Origin: the human T2T-CHM13v2.0 reference genome, Homo sapiens
Length of the DNA stretch: 64,000 bases
Reading direction: 5' to 3' (one strand)
Assembly (NCBI RefSeq): GCF_009914755.1
Contig: NC_060934.1
The notes below the pieces were generated by a model that had not been told where the DNA came from, ran no database searches, and was given only the letters and a program-made list of their open reading frames with translations. This document shows positions 47,893-64,000 of the stretch, in pieces. The translations under genes and the position numbers were made by a program. Position 1 is the stretch's first letter. Every line of letters starts with the position of its first letter.

Positions 47893-48574
47893 TTACAGGA
47901 CAGTATCTGAAAGCTTATGGCAGCAACTTTGAAGTATAATCTTTGGAGTCAGGGTGCAAGATGCAGCTTACCTCTTAATATACTTTGTGAAACCACTGGC
48001 TAGTTATGTAGCCTGTTGAATTGTCTACCATGTACAAATAAAAAAAAAACTAGTTTTGTTTAAAGGAGGTAATTTTATAAAGTGCTTAGCTGAATACCAG
48101 ATGCAAAGTGCAAGGTAAATGTTAGCTGGTGCTGTGTTAGTGATACTCATTTCTGTTTTTTTTTAAAAATGTATAGTATGTATATATGTACATGCACACA
48201 TATATATGTACACATGTATATACATATATTTCACCTATATTTTTTTTAAAATATAAAATTAAAATTTCTGCATAAAAATATAAAATAAAAAAATTTCTCT
48301 CATATATATATATGAGAGGTCTCTTACAGAATTGATTAAAGATCTCAAAAGAACATGCTCCACCATCATCTATATCGTGTGCACAAGGCTCAAGAGGGAC
48401 CAGTGGTTTTACCCACTGTCAAACACCATGAACAAAGCCTGGGTACTGGCTTGTCTTATTGAGGAAACCTACTTTAACATATGAAAACGAATAAAATATT
48501 TCAAAATGGTAATGATAATTATGGGATTTTTGGTAATGTATTTCATTTAAGAAGTTTTCATTTAAAAGAATAGG

Positions 48575-54715
<6,141 letters not shown>

Positions 54716-56174
54716 AATAGCAAGATATGGGAGTTGAGGGTGTTTGCAAGCAGGTGATTGATTCAAAGAGGGACCATATAATGTAAGCTGGTAAGGAAGG
54801 TTGAAGAGTAGTGGGAGAGTAGCAGGATCCATGAATTATTGATGCAGCTGACAATTTATTGGCTTTAGTTCACTAGAGGAAGTGAGATGCAAAGACAGGA
54901 GTTGATAATCAGAAAATGAGATGATTAAAATTGAGACCATTGTTGGATTAATAATGCAGAAGTTACAAATATGATCATGGATGGAGGTGAGTGGCTCTGG
55001 TCTTCTGGAGAGGAAGTTCATTGGAAGTAAGGAGGAAAAGTGATGAGTCATTTATAAGCACTCCAAGTGTGATGACAGTAGAGCTGGAGTGAGTGATAAT
55101 GATACAGGAACTAAAATCTTCAAGGGGTGACCCAGGTGATAGATGATTGCTGCAAAGAGGAATAATGTGTACAATGGCTTTAAGGCAAGAGACTCAACGT
55201 TGGAGTTAAGAGGGAGGGAGAGAGTATTGCCTTGAAGCAAGCAGAGACAGGGTCACAACAGGCTATAGTCAGGATTATATGAGATGTTTGTATAGGCAAA
55301 ACCCCAAGAAACTTCCTGAAAGGTTACGGTAATAGTAAAACAAGTTTTTCCATCACATCTGTAGCTTGTGTTGAATGAGATGTATTGATTACAGTCGCCA
55401 TCTCGGACTATGGCAAAGCTAGGGAGGTTAGTGGCCTGAAAACATAAAAGGAGTATAATCAGTAAAATCAAGAAAAACTAGGCAGGCTGGCCAGAATTAC
55501 TGGGAAGAGATAGAAATTAGAAAACAAGCAGAATTGTAGAGTGATTTGCATTCTTTAATCAAAGGAATGAGGCTCTCTAAGAGTAAGGTGAGATTCAGCA
55601 CTGCAGAAACACAAGTCTTGGTCATGGCTGGATTGTACATTCTGTTGTCACTAAGTCCCTGACCCTATGGCAACGACATCATAATGACCCCAAATGCAAG
55701 TAAAGTAAACAAAATCAGGGCAGGGCTACAGGTGATCTGGTGAACTGGACTTGGTGGATGGTGTGGAAGGGACTTTGGGAGAGACCTGTGCCCATGATAA
55801 AAGGGAAGATGAAGATGTTCCTTTGAGTTTGCATGTGTGGGGCCTTTTTGGCATGGTTGACTTGTCTGTACTCCTTCCTGTGACTTGACATCAAAATTAG
55901 GTAAGAAATCATGTATTTATTCATCCTTGTTGACTTTTCTAGTTTTCTGTGGCATTGATTCTTGAATGGAAGCCCTAGCAATGAGGAACTTGGCGTGGAA
56001 AAGGAGGACAGACATGCACTGTCTCAACCCCCTGTGTAAGGAGTAGGGTAATCCAGGCCACCTGCTGCTTGGAATTTTCTTCCTGCTCTTTTATTGCCCT
56101 GAAGGGAGTTTTGGGTCTGCCTAGAGAGTCTGGTAGGGTTGAGAGTCAAACTGTGCAGCTGGTAAGAAGAATGG

Positions 56175-57375
56175 GCTGTAGGCTTGTTAAAACACAGTGT
56201 GCTGTCTCTCCCTCCCTTTTCCGCAATCTCCGCAGTTTCGGGGTCAGTAGGTCTGGGATAGGCCCTGAGGATTTGCATTTCCTATAAGTTCCCAGGTGAT
56301 GCTGATGTCCTCAGGAACCACTAGGTTGGATTTATATGTATTTCTGCAGAAGAATGTTTTTGATACCGTGGAGGATACACCCCAAGTGTTATGGGTTCAA
56401 TTCTGTCCTCCAAAAAGATATGTTGAAGTCCTAACTGCCAGTACCTCAGACCATGTCCTGCTTGGAAATAGGATCTTTGCAGATGTAATTAGTTAGGATG
56501 ACATCATAGTGGCATAGGGTGGGCCTTTAATCCAATGTGACTGGTGTCCATATAAGAGGTGGAGAAATGTAGAGACACAGACACATGGGAGAAGGCCATG
56601 TGATGGCACAGGCGGAAAGTGAAGTCCTGCAGCTGCAAGCCAAGAGCGCCAAGGGTTGACAGCAAACCACCAGAGCTAGGGACAGGCAAGGAGGGGCTCT
56701 CGCTACAGTTTCAGAGGGAGCACGGCCTCGATTTTGGACTTCTAGCCTCCAGAACTGCCAGATAATAAATTTCTGTTATTTAAGCCACCTGGTTTGTTGT
56801 ACTTTATTATAGAATCCTTAGAAAAGTAACACACTAAAGTTACCTTCAATGGGTCACGCCCTTGTGTAACCTCTCCCTTTGTGGGAATAACCAGAGACTT
56901 GCCTCTGATAGAATATGGCAGAGGTGATGGGATGCCACTCCTATGGTGGTTATGTTATATAAGACTCTGGAGACTCTCAGCAGACTTGGAAGATAAGCAG
57001 ACTCTTAGCAGACTTGGAAGATAAATTCTCTTCTGTTGGACTTGAAGAGGCAAACTGCCATGTGGTGGCAGAGAAGTTTAAGTGGCCTGCAGGACCTCAG
57101 GGCAAACTTCAGCTAATAGTAAGAAGCTGGGACCCTTAGTACTACAGCCATCGGGAAATGCATTGTGCCACCATCTGAATGGGCTAAGGAGGGATCTTCT
57201 CTAGTTAAGACCAGATGGACACGGCTTGGCTGGCAACCTGATTTCAGGCTGGTGAGACCCTGAGCAGAGTTCCCAGCTTGGCCCCTCCTTAACTTCAGAA
57301 CCACGCAAAATTGTGAGATAATGTATTTGTGTTTTTCAACCTGCTAAGTTTGCAGTAATATGTTACTAGAATGTA
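56175..57375 (+). mobile_element. MER5A fragment followed by two MLT1 LTRs (~56387-56833 and ~56850-57375)
   Basis: GGCTTGTTAAAACACAG...TTCCCAGGTGATGCTGATG (MER5A); AGATATGTTGAAGTCCTAAC and AATAAATTTCTGTT.TTTAAGCCAC (MLT1B/C). Confidence 0.75.
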
Positions 57376-57548
57376 AAGATAGATACGTTTATTAATGAAA
57401 AAAGAAAAACTAAACTTCCAAACGATGTGTATAGAGTGGTCCTTTTTTGTTTAAAAAGAATGAAATAAGAAAATATGTTCAAATTCCATGGTTTGTGTAA
57501 GTATATATATCAAATAGTATATAGAAATACACACGACCAGTATACTGT

Positions 57549-57550
<2 letters not shown>

Positions 57551-57587
<37 letters not shown>
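57551..57587. repeat. (TG)18 microsatellite
   Basis: Pure TG run seen directly. Confidence 0.97.
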
Positions 57588-57589
<2 letters not shown>

Positions 57590-57832
57590 CTTTGGAGTGA
57601 TGTTATTTGGAATGATGTAACACTTGGGATTTTGGAGTAGGGAGATTATTGGCTTTTTTAAGTATAACTTTTTCTTTGGAAGTGGTAAGGAGCATGTTTA
57701 GCTTTAATGGGAAAATCAGATAAAGTTTATTAAAGAGAAAATTAATGTATGTTGTTGGTCATTTTTGGTTATAAAAATAATGTATGTTTATTATAGAAAA
57801 ACACAGAAACAAGAAAATAAAAGTTTATTATG

Positions 57833-58412
57833 GCCCTTTTGGCCAGAACCACCGTCTTCCAGTAATTCGACAAAATGACAAACACAAAGGGAAAGAGGAG
57901 AGGCTCCTGGTAGATGTCTTCTAGGCCTTTTAGGAAGCATGGAGTTGTTCCCTTTGGTCACGTATATGTGAATCTATAAGAAAGATGATATTGTAGACAT
58001 TAAAGGAGTGGGCACTGTTCAAGAAGGAATGCCCCACAAGTGTTATCATGGCAGAACTGGAAGAGTCTACAGTGTTACGCAGCAGGCCGTCGGCATTGTT
58101 GTAAACACACAAGTTAAGGGCAAGTTCTTGCCAAGAGAATTCATGTGGGTATTGAGCACTTTAAGCGCTCTGAGAGCTGAGCTAGCTTCCTGAAACTTGT
58201 GAAGGAAAATGATCAGAAAAAGAAGGAAGCCAAAGAGAAAGGTACCTGGATTCAGCAGAAGTGCCAGTCTGCTCTGCCCAGAGAAGCGCACTGTGTGAGA
58301 ACAAATGGGAAGGAGCTTGAGCTGCTGGAACCTCTTCCCTATGGATTGATTCATGGCATAATCGGTGTTAAAAAAAATAAAATAGAAGACCTCTGGATTG
58401 TAAAAAAAAGAA
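57833..58412 (+). pseudogene. RPL21 processed pseudogene (CDS-equivalent 57875-58361)
   Basis: MTNTKGKRRG from ATG 57875 with an early TAG at 57911; [19 protein letters not shown]; [16 protein letters not shown]; frameshifts; AATAAA and an A-rich tail; intronless. Confidence 0.95.
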
Positions 58413-58932
58413 AATTATGAGCACCCCTCCAGAAGATAAACACTATGTAATCCTTGCTTTTAACAGTTCACCTTTTAAACATTATATTTAATAATATATT
58501 TAATATTTTGTATACACAAACATATATAACACAACACATGTAAACTACGGAACAGTGGAGTAAATTGCGTGTTGATGTTTATGGACTTTAGCAAAAGCGC
58601 CGGCCCAGTTTGTGTTTGGTCTCAGAGCCTCTTTGGGGTTGATGGAAGTCATATTCACAGTGCTGAACAGTCGCAGCCGCTGCTTCTGAATTTTGTCCCA
58701 CCTTGTGTTTATTTCCCTCCCTTTCTGAATTCTCTGTTTCTATCTGTGACCCTAACCCCTAAGAACTCTCAGGAACAGTGCTCCCTGGCTGGTTTAAGCT
58801 AAAATTTCCACCCTGTGGCAGAGGAGATCCAGTGGTTCTCTTCTGGAGTTTACTTGTCACCACCTTTTATTTCCTGGGAAAATTTGATTATGAGGTTGGA
58901 TAGTTTGTTTAAAAAAAGTCTGTTAATGTTTA

Positions 58933-60628
<1,696 letters not shown>

Positions 60629-60724
60629 TAATTTAGGGATGGTCTGCTGTTGACAAATTCTGTTGGTTTTCTTTCATCTGAAAGAAATGATTGATTTCCC
60701 CTTCATGTTCCTTTTCATACTTAA

Positions 60725-63500
60725 AAAAATTAACTTTTAAGTTCCGGGTACATGTGCCGGTTTGTTATGAAGGTAAACTAGTGTGATGGGGATTTGTTGT
60801 ACAGATTATTTCATCACTCAAGTATTAAGCCTAGTACCCATTAGCAGTTTTTCCTGATCCTCTCCCTGCTCCCAACCTCCAATAGGCCCCAATGTGTGTT
60901 GTTCTCCTCTATGTGTCCATGTGTTCTCATCATTTAGCTCCCACTTATAAGTGAGAACATGCAGCATTTGGTTTTCTGTTCCTGCATTAGTTTGCTAAGG
61001 ATAATGGTCTCCAGCTCCATCCATGTTCCTGCAAAGGATGTGATCTCATTCTTTTTTATGGCTGCATAGTATTCCATGGTGTATATGTACCACATTTTCT
61101 TTATCCAGTCTATCACTGATGAACATTTAGGTTGAGTCTATGTCTTTACTATTGTGAGTAGTGCTGCAGTGAACACATGTGTGCATGTGTCTTTATAATG
61201 GAATGACTTATATTCCTTTGGATGTATACCTAGTAATTTAATTGCTGGGTCAAATGGTATTTCCGTTTATAGGTCTTTGAGGAATCACCATATTGTCTTC
61301 CACAATGTTTGAAATAATTTACACTCCCAACAACAGAGTAAAAGCATTCCTTTTTTCTATCTACACCTTCACTAGCATCTGTTACGCTTTGACTTTTTAG
61401 TGATAGCCATTCTGATTGGCATGAGATGGTATCTCATTGTGGTTTTGATTTGCATTTCTCTAATGATCAGTGATGTTGAGTTTTTAAAAAGTGTGATTGT
61501 TGGCCCCATGTATGTCTTCTTTTGAAAAGTGTCTGTTCATGTCCATTGTCCACTTTTTCTTTTTCTTTTTTTTGAGACAGAGCCTCGCTCTATTGCCCTG
61601 GCAGTGCAGTGGCATTAGCTTGGCTCACTGCAACCTCTGCTTCCCAGGTTCAAGTGATTCTCCTGCCTCAGCCTCCTGAGTAGCTGGGATTACAGGTGCA
61701 TGCCACCATGCCTGGCTAATTTTTGTATTTTTAGGAGGGATGGCCAGGTTAGTCTTGAACTCCTTACCTCAAGTGATCCGTCTGCCTCAGCCTCCCAAAG
61801 CGCTGGGATTAAAGACGTGAGCCACTGTGCCCCATCTGTTTGCCCACTTTTTAATGGGTTGTTTGTTTTTCTCTTGTAAATTTGTTTAAGTTCCTGATAG
61901 ATGCTGGGTATTAGACCTTTGTCAGGTGCATAGTTTGCAAAAATTTTTTCCCATTCTATAGGCTGTCTGTTCACTCTATTGATAGTTTCCTTTGCTGTAC
62001 AGAAGCTCTTTAGTTTAATTAGATGCCATTTGTCAATTTTTGCTTTTTCTGCAATTGCTTTTGGTGTCTTTATCATGAAATCTTTGCTCATTTCTATGTC
62101 CAGAATGGTATTGCCTAGGTTGTCTTCCAGGGTTATTATAGCTTCGGGTTTTACATTTAAGTCTTTAATCCATCTTGAGTTAATTTTTGTATATTGTGTA
62201 AGGAAGAGTTTCAGATTCAATCTTCTGCATATGGCTAGCCAGTTATCCCAGCACTATTTATTGAATAGAGAATCCTTTCCTCATTGCTTGTTTTCATCAG
62301 GTTTGTTGAAGATTGGATAGTTGTAGGTGGGTGGCCTTATTTCTGGCTTCTCTATTCTGTTCTATTGGTCTCTCTGTTTTTGTACCAGTACCGTGCTGTT
62401 TTGGTTACTGTAGCCCTGTAATATAGTTTGAAGTTAGGTAGCATGATGCCTCCAGCTTTGTTCTTTTTGCTTAGGATTGCCTTGGCTCTTCAGGCTCTTT
62501 TTTGGTTCTATATGAATTTTAAAATAGTTTTTTCTAGTTCTGTGAAGAATGTCAATGGTAGTTTAATAGGAATAGCATTGAATCTGTAAATTGCTTTGGG
62601 CAATATGGCCATTTTAATGATATTGAGTTTTCCTATTCATGAGCATGGAATATTTTTCCATTTGTTTGTGTCATCTCTGATTTCTTTGAACAGTGTTTTA
62701 TAGCTCTTCTTGTAGAGAAAGATCTTTCACCTCCCTGGTTAGCTGTATTCCTAGGTATTTTATTTTATTTTTTGGCAATTGTGAATGGGACTGCATTCCT
62801 GATTTGGCCCTCAGCTTGACTGTTGTTGGTGTAAAGGAATGTTAGCGATTTTTGCATATTGATTTTGTATCCTGAGACTTTGCTGAAGTTGTTTATCAGC
62901 TTAAGGAGCTTTTAGGCTGAGACTATGGGGTTTTCTAGATATAGGTTCTTATCATCAGCAAACAGGGAGACTTTGACTTCCTCTCTTCCTATTTGGATGC
63001 CTTTTATTTCTTTCTCTTGTCTGATTGCTCTGGCCAGGACTTTCAATATTATGTTGAATAGGAGTGGTGAGAGGGGGCATCCTTGTCTTGTGCCAGTTTT
63101 CAAGGGGAATGCTGCTTCCAGCTTTTCCCCATTCAGGCTGTGGGCTTGTCATAGGTGGCTCTTATTATTTTGAGGTATGTTCCTTCCATACCTAGGTTAT
63201 TGAGAATTTTTAACATGAAGGGATGTTGCATTTTATCAAAAGCCTTTTCTGCATATACTATAGATGATCATGTGGTTTTTGTCTTTAGTTCTGTTGATGT
63301 GATGAATTACATTTATTGATTTGCATATGTTGGACCAACCAAACTTGCATCCCAGAGATAAAGCCTATTTTGTTGAGGATTTTTGCATTGATGTTCTTCA
63401 AGGATGTTGGCCTGACGTTTTCTTTTTTTGTTGTGTCTCTGCCAGGTTTTGGCATCAGAATGATGCTGGCCTCATAGAATGAGTTAGGGAGGAGTCCTTC
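60725..63500 (-). mobile_element. 5'-truncated primate L1 (older L1PA/L1PB) with an Alu at ~61555-61835, inserted in older L1M sequence that resumes at ~63500-64000
   Basis: ORF2 RT and C-terminal peptides: [61 protein letters not shown]. Confidence 0.92.
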
Positions 63501-64000
63501 CTTCCCCTTTGTTCTTGAATGATATATTTTCACTGATATAAAATTTTGGGTTGAGAGTTCTTCTCCCTGAAAAATGTGTGCCAACTCCTTCTGGCCCCTG
63601 TAATTTCTAGTGGCATATCCATTGTTACTCAAATCATTCATTCGCTATAGATTATGTTTTGTTTCTCTCTAGCTGCTTTCAAGATTTTTTCATCATGATT
63701 GATTTAACGAAGTTTGATTACGATGTGTCTTGCTGTGTGTTTCTTTGGGTTTATCATGTTTAAAGTTTGCTCTGCTTCTTGAATCTGGAAGTTTGTGGCT
63801 TTCACCAAATTTGGGCAATTTTCAGCCATTATTTTTTTCAAGTACTTTCTCAGCCTTACTTTATTTTCTCTTCTAAAATAACAGTGATACCAATGTTATC
63901 TCTTTTGTTATTGTCTCACAGGTCCCTGATAATCTGTTCATTTCTTTTTAGTCTATTTTCTCTCTCATTCAGATTGGGTAATTTCTATTATTCTATTTTC

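Noticed and set aside
56971-57024. 28-bp tandem duplication AGACTCT(C/T)AGCAGACTTGGAAGATAA
   Set aside because: Local duplication inside an old MLT1 LTR, similar to the 16-bp duplication at ~6169-6200 in L1; neutral.
61690-63641. L1 ORF2 fragments up to 176 aa as an active LINE
   Set aside because: 5'-truncated, Alu-interrupted, with stops and an internal deletion near 63368.

Overview
Repeat-rich human genomic DNA; a near-consensus AluYb8 at 45169 fixes the species. The encoded protein matches ZNF485 as I recall it, which places the window at the 10q11.21 ZNF239-ZNF485 locus (from memory, not searched). The only intact protein-coding gene is the KRAB C2H2 zinc-finger gene ZNF485 on the + strand: 4 coding exons of 24+127+96+1079 nt give 441 aa with 11 fingers, and the first coding intron has a GC donor. 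A second CpG-island promoter at ~0.8-1.65 kb faces left and is probably ZNF239. Between the two promoters is a nested stack: an old L1 is split by a 13.6-kb ERV3/HERV-R-like provirus (Arg PBS, 4-bp TSD), whose RNase H region is split by an opposite-strand HERV-K9/HML-3 provirus (MER9 LTRs, 6-bp TSD). Also present are a solo MER9 LTR, three processed pseudogenes (CAP1, CHCHD2, RPL21), and many Alu, L1, L2, MaLR and DNA-transposon remnants. The CAP1 retrocopy sits head-to-head ~70 bp from the ZNF485 core promoter motifs. I see no evidence for a wholly new biological system; the best leads are structural and regulatory. Repeat subfamily names come from visual recall of consensus sequences, and repeat boundaries without a TSD are approximate.
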